DNA from: a virus
Length of the DNA stretch: 64,000 nucleotides
IMG/VR virus record: IMGVR_UViG_3300030328_002122
Span: 81,195-145,194 of that record
Strand: one strand, 5' to 3'
In this document: one piece after another, positions 49,348 to 58,792 of the stretch
Layout of the letters: the number at the start of each line of letters is the position of its first letter
How positions within the stretch are numbered: position 1 is the first letter of the stretch
Translations under genes and position numbers: made by a program
Notes under the pieces: model-generated
What the model was told of the DNA's origin: nothing
Database searches by the model: none
What the model saw: only the letters and a program-made list of their open reading frames with translations

Positions 49348-49960
49348 AGCAATATTTCTTGCAGGCGGGCCAGGATCTGGTAAGTCATATGTAGTAAGAA
49401 GATCTACAGGCGGATTGGGTATGAAGATTGTAAACTCTGATGATATATACGAAAAAATGTTAAAAGACGCTGGGTTGGAAACAACACCAGAAGATATATA
49501 TTCTGATCAAGGTCAAGACATAAGAGTTAAAGCGAAAGAGGTTACGGCCCGTATGCAAGGAAACTTTCTAAAAGGTAGACTAGGAGTTATCATTGATGGT
49601 ACAGGTAGAGAGTTTGATAAAATATCACAACAAGTAAGAGGATTACGTGCATTAGGATATGAAGCCTATATGATATTTGTAAATACATCATTAGATACTG
49701 CACAACAAAGAAATCGAATGAGATCCAGAACTTTACCAGAAGATCAAGTTGCGAAGATGTGGAACGCAGTTCAAAACAACATAGGTAAGTTTCAATCACT
49801 ATTTGGTACAAATAATTTTATAATTGTAGACAACAATGATGCTGGTGAAGATGTATTCAAGAAAGTATGGAAGAGATGTATGATACTTGTTAAGAAGAAA
49901 GTAAAAAATACAATCGCTAAAAATTGGATATCTAAACAGCTAAAATTGAAAAAAAGATAA
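49295..49960 (+). CDS. zeta-toxin-like P-loop kinase, probable capsid-internal
   Basis: GGPGSGKS, VNSDD, IIDGTG and R.R lid motifs; N-terminus MKTFRQIQE. Confidence 0.8.
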   Translation: MKTFRQIQEGVYDPNIFKAIFLAGGPGSGKSYVVRRSTGGLGMKIVNSDDIYEKMLKDAGLETTPEDIYSDQGQDIRVKAKEVTARMQGNFLKGRLGVIIDGTGREFDKISQQVRGLRALGYEAYMIFVNTSLDTAQQRNRMRSRTLPEDQVAKMWNAVQNNIGKFQSLFGTNNFIIVDNNDAGEDVFKKVWKRCMILVKKKVKNTIAKNWISKQLKLKKR

Positions 49961-50017
49961 TTATAAATATGTATTTGTGTGACAAAATGTTCGCAAATAG
50001 TATAAGGAAACCCTCAC

Positions 50018-50413
50018 ATGAAACTACTATCAAGTATAACAGCGTTTCTCGCTGTCTTGTTCTTTGCAACAAATACAGTTGCAGACATATCTCATAGTCA
50101 TGATGTTACAGCTGAGTATTCAGTTGACAATGAAAAAACAATTATGCATTATGAACCAGAAATTAAGTGGAATCAAGATCAATTAGGTTTGTCAATTGGT
50201 ACACTTATTTCTATATACGACTCTTCTGCAACTGACAGTTTTATGTTATTTGACACATTGGAAGAAGGAAATAGACCAGATATTAATATGGAATTGACAT
50301 ACGATATGGGTAATATGATTTCATTACCTATAGAAGTATATGGTAAAACAGGCTGGGATATTGATGCATCAGAAAGAAAAGATATTAAGTTGGGTGCAAC
50401 TATATCATTCTAA
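50018..50413 (+). CDS. small outer-membrane beta-barrel-like protein
   Basis: Signal peptide, alternating beta pattern, C-terminal LGATISF; TATAAATA at 49962. Confidence 0.55.
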   Translation: MKLLSSITAFLAVLFFATNTVADISHSHDVTAEYSVDNEKTIMHYEPEIKWNQDQLGLSIGTLISIYDSSATDSFMLFDTLEEGNRPDINMELTYDMGNMISLPIEVYGKTGWDIDASERKDIKLGATISF

Positions 50414-50442
50414 CAAAGAATATTATCAATATATTTTTTCAG

Positions 50443-50470
50443 AAAAACCTCAATTTTTTGGGGTTTTTTT
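50443..50470 (+). terminator. Rho-independent terminator
   Basis: aaaaacctcaa-tttt-ttggggtttttt. Confidence 0.7.
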
Positions 50471-50481
50471 GTTTTTAGGGG

Positions 50482-50536
50482 TTGACATTTGTTATGAAAA
50501 CAGGTATATTAATAGTATAGAGAGAAAGGTGATTCG
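50482..50536 (+). promoter_or_regulatory. early promoter with downstream TGATTCG
   Basis: TTGACA-N17-TATATT; AGAGAGAAAGG-TGATTCG (50530-50536). Confidence 0.75.
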
Positions 50537-50538
50537 TT

Positions 50539-50703
50539 ATGAAAATTACAACAAAGACAATCGGTAAAAAAACCATTATGACAATAACTGGCTTGACCAA
50601 AAAAGAAATGTCACAGATGGAAGACTTTAAACATTGTTTTCCAATGTTTAATTTAGAACTCCTCAAGTGGGATGATAAAAAAATTACTATGGAGAAAGTA
50701 TAA
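50539..50703 (+). CDS. 54-aa early protein, not in ORF track
   Basis: MKITTKTIGKKTIMTITGL...; first gene after the promoter. Confidence 0.6.
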   Translation: MKITTKTIGKKTIMTITGLTKKEMSQMEDFKHCFPMFNLELLKWDDKKITMEKV

Positions 50704-50704
50704 T

Positions 50705-51244
50705 ATGAAAAAAGTAGGAAACGCAACTATTTTATACTTAGACATGGACGGAGTCCTTGCAGATTTCTTTGATGCATTTGCAAAGAAGTTCAATAGAGAT
50801 CATTGGAAAGAGATTCCAAGAAAAGACAAGTCATTACAAGAACTCATAGGTACTGACTTCTTTTACACGCTATCAATATTTGAAAATACCTATAACCTAG
50901 TGAATGTTGTAGACGCTATATCAAAAGGTCAATGGGGAATATGTTCATCACCATTAAAAGGTGATAGGGATAACTCTGCATACCACAAAAGAAGGTGGTT
51001 AGAGGACAATGATTTGATGCCTCCTGCTATTGAGAATGTAATATTCACTGGTCAGAAAGAGCATTATGCAATCAATTCTATTGATGGTTCACCAAACATT
51101 TTGGTTGATGATAAACCTAGTAATATTGAGAAATGGGAAAAAGCTGGTGGAATAGGTTTTCTATACCAAGCAAATAAAGACTCCTATGCAGACTTGGTTA
51201 AAAACATCAATATGGTTTATTCACATGGTCAATATAGGACTTGA
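50705..51244 (+). CDS. HAD-family 5'(3')-deoxyribonucleotidase
   Basis: YLDMDGVLADF, ICSSP, K..WL and ILVDD...NI..W..AGG motifs. Confidence 0.85.
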   Translation: MKKVGNATILYLDMDGVLADFFDAFAKKFNRDHWKEIPRKDKSLQELIGTDFFYTLSIFENTYNLVNVVDAISKGQWGICSSPLKGDRDNSAYHKRRWLEDNDLMPPAIENVIFTGQKEHYAINSIDGSPNILVDDKPSNIEKWEKAGGIGFLYQANKDSYADLVKNINMVYSHGQYRT

Positions 51245-51275
51245 CACGAAACAATATATATGGTATAGTGATTCG
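51241..51275 (+). promoter_or_regulatory. early promoter with TGATTCG
   Basis: TTGACA-N17-TATAGT overlapping TGATTCG (51269-51275). Confidence 0.85.
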
Positions 51276-51292
51276 TAAATAGAGAGGTAGAA

Positions 51293-54113
51293 ATGTCTAA
51301 ACAATTTCCAAGAATGTCATTAGCGTCAAGAAATCTTGCACTAAAGACAATCCAAAATTTAAGTCCTATTGAATTAGAAAATATGGCTGCAGATCTTGTA
51401 AAAGTAAGTCCATACATTGCATTACGATTAGAGTTTGCACTTGGGTCATCTTTACAAGATTATGAAGATGAATTAGCAATTGAAGATTTTGATAATAACA
51501 AGGAGAATATATAATGGTTACTATTACTAAAATGAGAAAAGTATCAGAGATACTACACACTATGACACTTAGTGAACTAAATGAAGTTATAAGTATGTGT
51601 AGAGATATCAAGGTTATGAAAGCGAAAGCAGACATAACTGTGGGTATGAGGGTCTATGTTGTTCAGAAAACAAAAAAGACGCCTGGTACTGTGGTCAAAA
51701 TTAACAAGACGAGAGCTCTTGTTGATATGGTAAGATCACCAATCACTGGTGAAACTGCAACATACCAAGTTCCATTTTCAATGTTGGAGGCTGCTTAATG
51801 TGGTATAATTTTAGAGTTATACTGTCTTGGAGTATCGGTATTATGGGTGTTCTCATAATACTTGGTACTGCTGGTGCAGATTGTGATGGTAAATGTATGG
51901 ACAATGCACTTACATTATCCGAAATGTTTGCATGGTTTGGTTATGGTCTTGCGGCCATAACTACTGCATTTTGTATTCATCCTATTAGTAGATAGATGCA
52001 CATATTACCTATCTACTATACGACTACAAATCTCAAACGCAAGCGCAAGAGAGTAGACACACGCAAGTACGAGTCGGAAATGCGTGAACACAACAAGTTT
52101 TTGAAACGCATGAAACTCCCTATGTTAACTCTAGAGGAGTTTATTGCGTATAAACATGGTAAAACTACTGTCAAAGGTCGTGGTGGTGCGATAGAACAGC
52201 GGATATATACTGCAAAGGTCAAAACATCTGACGCAATCGGTAATGGTTTTGTCAAAGAAACTCCTATATATAAAGGAAATGTGGTCATAGGACAAGCGTA
52301 TAACAAGGGTGGACTCCAAGTTCTATCCAATGTTGACGCAAAAGATTCAGCCACTGGTAAGAGGAGATAAATTGTGAGTGACGATAATGTAATTGACATA
52401 TGGAGTCATGATAGGTTTATGAGTCAACCTAATGGTAAACTCATTAAAGAGAAACATATAAGGTATATGTTAGAAGAAGAAGATGGTAATGTGCGAGTAA
52501 AAAAGGTTACAATTAATCGAAAGTTCATGGGTCAAAATGACTACATTGACAGTACAGAAGAGGAGTACCTAACTTAATAAATACCTTCATGTATGATATA
52601 GATGAAAGAGTTCGATGGCTCAAGTATCGTATAGAAAAATTTAAACGAAAACATAAACACTTATATAATAATGGTGAAAACGAAAACGAAAACGAGATTG
52701 TCGATACATTAGAAAAGGTTGTTCCTAGAACAAAAAAGATTGTTCAAGAAGAACCTAAACCTACATCTGATGATGAATTAAGTCAAGAAGAAATCAATTT
52801 TCAGAGGGCTCTAAGGGCCGCACTCAAAAAAACCAAAAAGAAATAGGAGATTCAAATGCTTAATGCTCTACTAGAAGAACACGAAGAACTAGAAAAAAGA
52901 CTAGAAACTGAATTGTTAACAGAAGAAGAAAGTAGAGAAATTAAGAAAAAAAAGTTAAGGGTAAAGGATAGTATCGCTAGTATTAGGCGTAAATATGAAT
53001 TAAAATACGATTACGATCAACATGGTGGGGGAGTTGAAGATTTTGGGTACAATGGGGTCAAGAACGCTTCATTATAACTATGGTGAGTATAAATTAGAAT
53101 TAGAAAGTGCGACAGGTGTACTGTATAGAGGTGAAAAATTACTGTTCAAAGGGTTCTCGTATGAGGCCATACGTTGGTTTATCAATGCATCTGGTGACGA
53201 TCCAAAGATAAAAGAAAAGTTTAGAAATCAATTAAAAATGCGTCAAGAACTGACATTCGATAGAATAAAAGACAAAGAGAAATGGAATAATAAGGAAAAA
53301 AAATGAAATGGGCGATTATATTATATGCGATTATGGGGTATGAAAATTCACTTACAGACACAGAGCTCTTGATTAGTTGGAATTTGACATTTGATACTCA
53401 GCCACAATGCGAGTCATTCTATCGTGGAAACGAAGTTAATTTGCATTCTGGAGTATTGGATTATTCTAAACAAAAATATAAGTCCAAAATGCACGTTATA
53501 GAATTAGGTTGTGTTCATGCAACATCTCAATCTCCTTCAGATATGAAACCAGAACTCAAGGACTTTAATCCTCTATATAAGAAGAGTATTAGTCCAAATG
53601 ATGGACAAAAGTGGAGAGAGAGAAAACACTATGACGACAAATTATTATTACGAAGGAACTGATTATGGAACTATGCACCCATTTCATTACGACTTCTGGT
53701 ATCATCTATTGGTGCCTTGGGATGGTCTAAATTGGTGTATGTTAGTATGTTTATTAATACCTGTGGTGGTATATATTAATGATAGGATGCATTGGTACGA
53801 TTTAAGATGATTTGGATAATACTGTATTTCCTTATCATTTTTATAGGAATTATCTGGATGTTAGCTAGTTTAGTGTGGATTGCAATGGACAATGAAGAAT
53901 AAAAGTCAAAAAATAATCTTTATCACAGATCTGATAGAGAGTAAAATAAACAAACAACGAGAAATTGAGAAGTTTGAAGCCCAACTCAAGATTATCGAAG
54001 AAAGACTCTTTTTCTTACGAAAAGAGAAAGAAATTACAGAAACAATACTTGAATTGATTGAACACGAAAAGATCATGGATCTTAGAAATTATATGATAAA
54101 GGATGATGCATGA
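51293..54113 (+). other. cluster of short early hypothetical ORFs (51293-51514, 51514-51798, 51798-51995, 51996-52370, 52374-52577, 52589-52846, 52856-53077, 53022-53306, 53303-53662, ~53631-53810, 53807-53902, ~53892-54113)
   Basis: Tightly packed, often coupled ORFs with SD sequences; no recognisable families. Confidence 0.6.
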
Positions 54114-54349
54114 AAATATTGATGTACTCCAGACACAAACCACCTTGTCAGTTTTGTGTCCGAGCCAAGTCCATGTTGGACTATTATGGAGTCGAATACG
54201 AAGAAAAACTCCTAGATGATATCAATAATCTGGTAGAGTTCAAAGACAATTACCCTAACATTAAACAAGTACCAGCGATCTTTATTGATGATGAATATAT
54301 TGGTGGATATAATGAACTAGAACAGAGATTATGGAAGAACAAGAAGTAA
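54110..54349 (+). CDS. glutaredoxin
   Basis: CQFC, VPAIFI and IGGY motifs. Confidence 0.9.
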   Translation: MKILMYSRHKPPCQFCVRAKSMLDYYGVEYEEKLLDDINNLVEFKDNYPNIKQVPAIFIDDEYIGGYNELEQRLWKNKK

Positions 54350-54963
54350 AAAGACTTTTTATACACATACCCAAGAATGGTGGAACATCAGTACATTATG
54401 AAATTATGGTGCATGGTATCAAGAAAAAGTCAAAAAGTGAAGAAATAGATATAAAAACATTCGGTCATGATAGATGGAAAGATGTTCCTACAGAGATCAG
54501 ATATACACATCAATCTTTTGCAGTTATTCGTAATCCTTGGGCCAGAGTAATATCGAGATATGTCATGGGAATACCTACTCAACACACAAACGAACATGGA
54601 ACAACATGGAACACCTTTGAAGAGTTCCTAGAAACAAGGCATCTATGGACAGACAAAGAATGGAACGATCCCATAAGAAGTTGGAACACACAATACGATT
54701 ATGTCTGTGATGAAGATAACATTGTACGTTGTGATAGTCTAAGACTAGAACATATTGATGACGAACTAATACCTTATCTACAATTAGATACAAAAAGTAT
54801 CAGGAAAGACAATAATAAATCACATCAAGATTATTATAACAACAATTCCAAATCAATACAAATAGTCGCTGATTGGTATGCACAAGACATAGACTATTGG
54901 GGGTTTGATTTCGATACAAGTGCAACAAAAAATTATCATTATCATAAGGAGAAAAAAATATGA
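54331..54963 (+). CDS. sulfotransferase family 2 protein
   Basis: FIHIPKNGGTS (5'-PSB), RNPWARVIS (3'-PB) and Y..D...WG motifs. Confidence 0.8.
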   Translation: MEEQEVKRLFIHIPKNGGTSVHYEIMVHGIKKKSKSEEIDIKTFGHDRWKDVPTEIRYTHQSFAVIRNPWARVISRYVMGIPTQHTNEHGTTWNTFEEFLETRHLWTDKEWNDPIRSWNTQYDYVCDEDNIVRCDSLRLEHIDDELIPYLQLDTKSIRKDNNKSHQDYYNNNSKSIQIVADWYAQDIDYWGFDFDTSATKNYHYHKEKKI

Positions 54964-55157
54964 TGAAATACTGTATATTATTAATAGGATTATTATTAAC
55001 AAGTGCGTGTAGTACAAACTATGTAACCAAAGAGGGTCAAAGACTACTAGGAAACACAGCCGCAGGGTGTATATTAGGTGAAGTTGCATTTGGTAAATGT
55101 GAAGAAGGTGCAGCCATTGGTGCATTTACAACAGTAATAACAGACCAAAAGAGGTAG
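54960..55157 (+). CDS. glycine-zipper lipoprotein
   Basis: Lipobox TSAC; GNTAAG..LG....G...GAAIGA. Confidence 0.6.
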   Translation: MMKYCILLIGLLLTSACSTNYVTKEGQRLLGNTAAGCILGEVAFGKCEEGAAIGAFTTVITDQKR

Positions 55158-55158
55158 T

Positions 55159-55389
55159 ATGACATTTCAAGTAAATAAAATACATAAGTTACAAGACCAA
55201 ATAGAATCACTCACATACGATTGGGTATGGGAAGATATTTCAGAACATTACGGAGTCGAAGAAGTAGAGGAGTTGAATCAAGAACAAATTGATGAAATCA
55301 TGACCTTTGCAGACAGCGATGAGTGTTACGAAGGGTATGTGGGTATGACATTAAGAAGTATATGTGACTCGTGGGATGCAGACTACTAA
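55159..55389 (+). CDS. acidic hypothetical protein
   Basis: GAGG SD; ORF. Confidence 0.55.
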   Translation: MTFQVNKIHKLQDQIESLTYDWVWEDISEHYGVEEVEELNQEQIDEIMTFADSDECYEGYVGMTLRSICDSWDADY

Positions 55390-56098
55390 ATTCTTCATAT
55401 CAGCTCCATTCGGTAATTATCTAAAGTTCCAGAACGCAATCAGTGTAACAGGTAGTTGGACAATCGAACCACGACCTGGCTTGATCCCACAAGTTCTGAA
55501 AACATTACGATATGTAAGAGTGAATGGAGTATGGGGTTGGAGAAACAAAATAGGTCTAAGGAACGCTGGTATTCATGAAGGTCTAAGACGTATGACCAAT
55601 TCTTTTGATGTAATGAGTATTGCATCAGTACAGAAATACGATTGGATTAACTTTGATAGTATACTACCAGAACATCAAAACATAGAGGTGAATATCAGCT
55701 GTCCTAACCTAGATAAAGACGAAGATGCAACACAATTCCCACACTTTGATACACTTAACAATGGTAAAAGACAATGGTGCATCTGTAAAGTTCCACCTAC
55801 AATAAAAGAATATAAACTAGACCAAATCATCAACGATTATGGATATACACAAATACACGCAAGTAATACACTCGCTAGTGATAAAGGTGGACTATCTGGT
55901 AAAAGACTTGCACCACATACACTTAGAATACTAGACTATATTAAAAGAAAATACCCTCATATAACAGTAATAACAGGGGGTGGAATAACAGAAAAGTATC
56001 AGACACATATCTATAAAGAAAGAGGTGCAGATCATATCAGTCTAGGAACAGTCTGCTTCACGCCATGGAAAGTAAAGAGGATCATAGATGAAACTTAA
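55376..56098 (+). CDS. dihydroorotate dehydrogenase-like FMN protein
   Basis: N.IGLRN.G, EVNISCPN, SNT, GGLSG, GGGI and GAD motifs. Confidence 0.8.
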   Translation: MQTTKFFISAPFGNYLKFQNAISVTGSWTIEPRPGLIPQVLKTLRYVRVNGVWGWRNKIGLRNAGIHEGLRRMTNSFDVMSIASVQKYDWINFDSILPEHQNIEVNISCPNLDKDEDATQFPHFDTLNNGKRQWCICKVPPTIKEYKLDQIINDYGYTQIHASNTLASDKGGLSGKRLAPHTLRILDYIKRKYPHITVITGGGITEKYQTHIYKERGADHISLGTVCFTPWKVKRIIDET

Positions 56099-56285
56099 TA
56101 AGGATATCATTAACTTCTTAGACACTATAAAGAGAAAGGATATCCATACAGAGATAGATTATATATCACCATTGGTTAAAAAGTATGGAATGAATAAGGA
56201 ACTCGCAGAGAGAATAAGACATGAGTATGTATGCCATGTACTTAAAAAGGCTACTGCGTATGTATCATGGGAAAACATGGAATAA
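56088..56285 (+). CDS. hypothetical protein
   Basis: GAGG SD; ORF. Confidence 0.5.
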   Translation: MKLNKDIINFLDTIKRKDIHTEIDYISPLVKKYGMNKELAERIRHEYVCHVLKKATAYVSWENME

Positions 56286-56362
56286 AATGGGATTTGCGTA
56301 CAATTTAAAAAAAGGTATAAAAAAAGGTAGTTAGGTGTTCTCTTTTGTGCATTAAAGGGTGT

Positions 56363-56391
56363 ATTCTATCACGAAAATTTTTTTTTGTCAA
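56363..56391 (-). promoter_or_regulatory. leftward sigma70-type promoter
   Basis: TTGACA-N17-TAGAAT on the minus strand. Confidence 0.6.
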
Positions 56392-56404
56392 GGGGTTTTT
56401 TCAC

Positions 56405-56447
56405 TTGACAGGGAAAACGAATCAGTATATAGTATAAGTATGATTCG
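56405..56447 (+). promoter_or_regulatory. early promoter with two TGATTCG motifs
   Basis: TTGACA-gggaaaaCGAATCAgta-TATAGT, plus TGATTCG at 56441-56447. Confidence 0.85.
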
Positions 56448-56520
56448 GTTTTTAACAATAGCAGTGGTCTTATGGTTGGTAATTGTGGGTGCATATGCGG
56501 CCCTATTATTATCAATTTAA
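56440..56520 (+). CDS. 26-aa leaderless hydrophobic peptide, not in ORF track
   Basis: ATG at the predicted TSS; MIRFLTIAVVLWLVIVGAYAALLLSI*. Confidence 0.5.
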   Translation: MIRFLTIAVVLWLVIVGAYAALLLSI

Positions 56521-56533
56521 TTACAAATATCTC

Positions 56534-56593
56534 TTGACAAACTCTTGACAAGTTGATATGATGACTATGCTAGGTATGATATAAGGTGATTCG
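56534..56593 (+). promoter_or_regulatory. early promoter with downstream TGATTCG
   Basis: TTGACA-N17-TATGAT, duplicated ctcttgacaa, TGATTCG at 56587-56593. Confidence 0.65.
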
Positions 56594-56596
56594 TTT

Positions 56597-57114
56597 ATGA
56601 TAATTTCTAATTGGGATTCAGAGTGTTACATGGGTAGAGATTCGAGTGATTCGGAGTCTATCTATAACACTACAGAGATGCACACAGGGCCAGAGAATAA
56701 GAGAGTTTGTCCTTGTGATTCGTGTCCTCTTTCTCTCCAGTGTATGCAGAACATCACAGAATGTTCTGCATTTCGCAATTGGGCGAGTAAGGGTGATTAT
56801 AATGATAATGATTTAGGTAAGAGATTGAGAGGTTGTTAATGACAAAAGAAACATCTATAGGAGAACTATTACAGTTTGATGAGGCGTTGAAGTCAGACTT
56901 GTTCATACAACAAGCAGAGAATAAGAAACTCTTTGACGAGATGTGTGATAAGAACGATTGGAAGATGCCTTTTAATTGTTCTATACCTACAGAGATGTAT
57001 GCGTCTTATAATGAGGCGTGCATCTGGTTTACTGGTGCAGAGTTAACTGTTATAAACGAATCAGGCGGTGTGTGCTTCTGTGAGTGTGAAGGATATTATA
57101 ACGCAATGGGTTGA
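56597..57114 (+). other. two Cys-containing early ORFs (56597-56839, ~56839-57114)
   Basis: CPCDSC..C...C motif; WKMPF...YNEACIWFTG...C.GYY. Confidence 0.55.
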
Positions 57115-57154
57115 CAAGCACACTATAATATGATATAATATGTGAACTGATTCG
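57111..57154 (+). promoter_or_regulatory. early promoter with TGATTCG
   Basis: TTGACA-N17-TATAAT; TGATTCG at 57148-57154. Confidence 0.85.
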
Positions 57155-57250
57155 GGCCACCCCCTAAAACTGGGAGCCCAATCGTAATCTATAAATGCAA
57201 TAAAGATACAGATAAATATTTCAAATTAAATATAAGCTTATGGTGGTTTT

Positions 57251-57460
57251 ATGAATTGTTGGCATTGTAATACAGAGTTAATATGGGGTGGAGATCATGA
57301 TGCAGATGAAGATGAGTTAGAGTTTTCTATCGTTACTAATCTCTCATGTCCGAATGAGCATTGCAGAGCTTCTGTCTTGGTCTATTTACCTAGAGATGAT
57401 ACAGAGGATATGCCTTGGACAGTTCAAGGTGAGGAGAGTCAATATGACACACAGAACTGA
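57251..57460 (+). CDS. zinc-finger-like hypothetical protein
   Basis: MNCWHCNTELIWGGDHD...NLSCP...C. Confidence 0.7.
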   Translation: MNCWHCNTELIWGGDHDADEDELEFSIVTNLSCPNEHCRASVLVYLPRDDTEDMPWTVQGEESQYDTQN

Positions 57461-57860
57461 AGCAAAACTATTTGAGTATGGCGACTTCATATCCCACTCT
57501 GGTAATACTCTTAAATTTAAGATAGAGTGTGATGCGTTTGATATTGATGATTGGAATACGATTGCAGATATGATTATGACATTCCAAGATGAACCATTTA
57601 GAACTGTCGAAGGTATTCCTAGAGGTGGTATTCCTCTTGCAGATGCGTTAAGGAGATATGCAACAGGCGATCCCTCTCATCAACCTATGATAGTTGATGA
57701 TGTATTTACTACAGGCAAATCATTCATAGATTACTTAGATGAACATTATTCAAATACATTGATGGCATGGGGTTATAAGTGGGTAGTCTTTGCACGAACA
57801 CCTATACATACAACACCAGCACATAAGTTAGGTGTCAAAGCGTTGTTTACCATGCCATGA
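57444..57860 (+). CDS. type I phosphoribosyltransferase (orotate PRTase-like)
   Basis: GDFISHSG, GIPRGG and IVDDVFTTGKS PRPP-binding motif. Confidence 0.82.
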   Translation: MTHRTEAKLFEYGDFISHSGNTLKFKIECDAFDIDDWNTIADMIMTFQDEPFRTVEGIPRGGIPLADALRRYATGDPSHQPMIVDDVFTTGKSFIDYLDEHYSNTLMAWGYKWVVFARTPIHTTPAHKLGVKALFTMP

Positions 57861-58378
57861 AATATAAATCAAATATTTCAAAACCATTATTACTATTAGT
57901 CTTTCTCTTTGCAGTACAAGAAATGATTGCAAGAGAATCACATATGTATGAACTGATAGGGTTCATAGAAAACAATAGTGAATATTCTTACACAGGCACA
58001 CCCTTACCCACAGTAAAAGAAATGTCAAATAAGGCTATTTGTGATCAGTTCAAAATGCTTTACCCATGTGACATTGCAGGCTACTATGATTATCGTACCG
58101 ATCTTATTGTTATCGCAACAACACCTACGGGCGGTATGATTGAGGAAAACTTTTACGAAGTGGTATTAATCCATGAGTTAGTACATTACTTGCAGTATCA
58201 TCAAGGGTATTTTAATGTAGTGGAGTGCAAACAACAATTAGAAGCAGATGCGTTTCGTCTGCAAGACGAGTATATAGATCATATGGGATACGATCCAGCA
58301 AACAAAAACAATCCCCTCTTTGCTCTGATGGCAAGTATGTGTAGAGGTGATAACAGAGGTGGTCATGGGAGTATGTAA
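57857..58378 (+). CDS. secreted HExxH metalloprotease-like protein
   Basis: Signal peptide; VLIHELVHYLQ...C...LE.DA..LQ. Confidence 0.7.
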   Translation: MKYKSNISKPLLLLVFLFAVQEMIARESHMYELIGFIENNSEYSYTGTPLPTVKEMSNKAICDQFKMLYPCDIAGYYDYRTDLIVIATTPTGGMIEENFYEVVLIHELVHYLQYHQGYFNVVECKQQLEADAFRLQDEYIDHMGYDPANKNNPLFALMASMCRGDNRGGHGSM

Positions 58379-58724
58379 AAAAATGATTCAAAAAATCGGA
58401 AAATGGTTCGGAAGAGTTTGTATAAGTTGGAGTATCTTTGTGAATACTTTGTTTGGTGGAAAGAATAATCAAACTGTGAGTGCAAGACAGTACTTTAGAC
58501 AATTACAGAATAAATGGAATATTTGTTTTTTGATTAATGGTTTCTTCTGGTGGGAAGAAGATCATTGTAAAGACAGCTATAATAAATGGGAAGTGATTAA
58601 TAATGCCATGAAGTATTATGATGAATACAAAGAGAAGTATTCTGTTAATGCGTATGAGTTGGCAGAAGATTATACAGAGGACAAAGATCCTTTGCATGAT
58701 TATTATCGTTTGATGAGTCAGTAA
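58365..58724 (+). CDS. hypothetical protein
   Basis: S...N...GG...QT.SAR...I...F.....HC motif. Confidence 0.55.
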   Translation: MGVCKKMIQKIGKWFGRVCISWSIFVNTLFGGKNNQTVSARQYFRQLQNKWNICFLINGFFWWEEDHCKDSYNKWEVINNAMKYYDEYKEKYSVNAYELAEDYTEDKDPLHDYYRLMSQ

Positions 58725-58727
58725 CTC

Positions 58728-58762
58728 TTGACATTGTTATCATAACATGGTATACTGATTCG
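58728..58762 (+). promoter_or_regulatory. early promoter with TGATTCG
   Basis: TTGACA-N17-TATACT overlapping TGATTCG (58756-58762). Confidence 0.85.
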
Positions 58763-58792
58763 TAGTTAACAATAGAGAAGAGTGTATATATT

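Noticed and set aside
49295-49960. Epsilon/zeta toxin-antitoxin module
   Set aside because: No recognisable antitoxin; the N-terminus and late-operon context fit a virion-packaged kinase better
57160-57210. SAM-II/SAM-V riboswitch
   Set aside because: The 3' taaatgcaataaag resemblance is superficial; the required P1/pseudoknot pairing was not found
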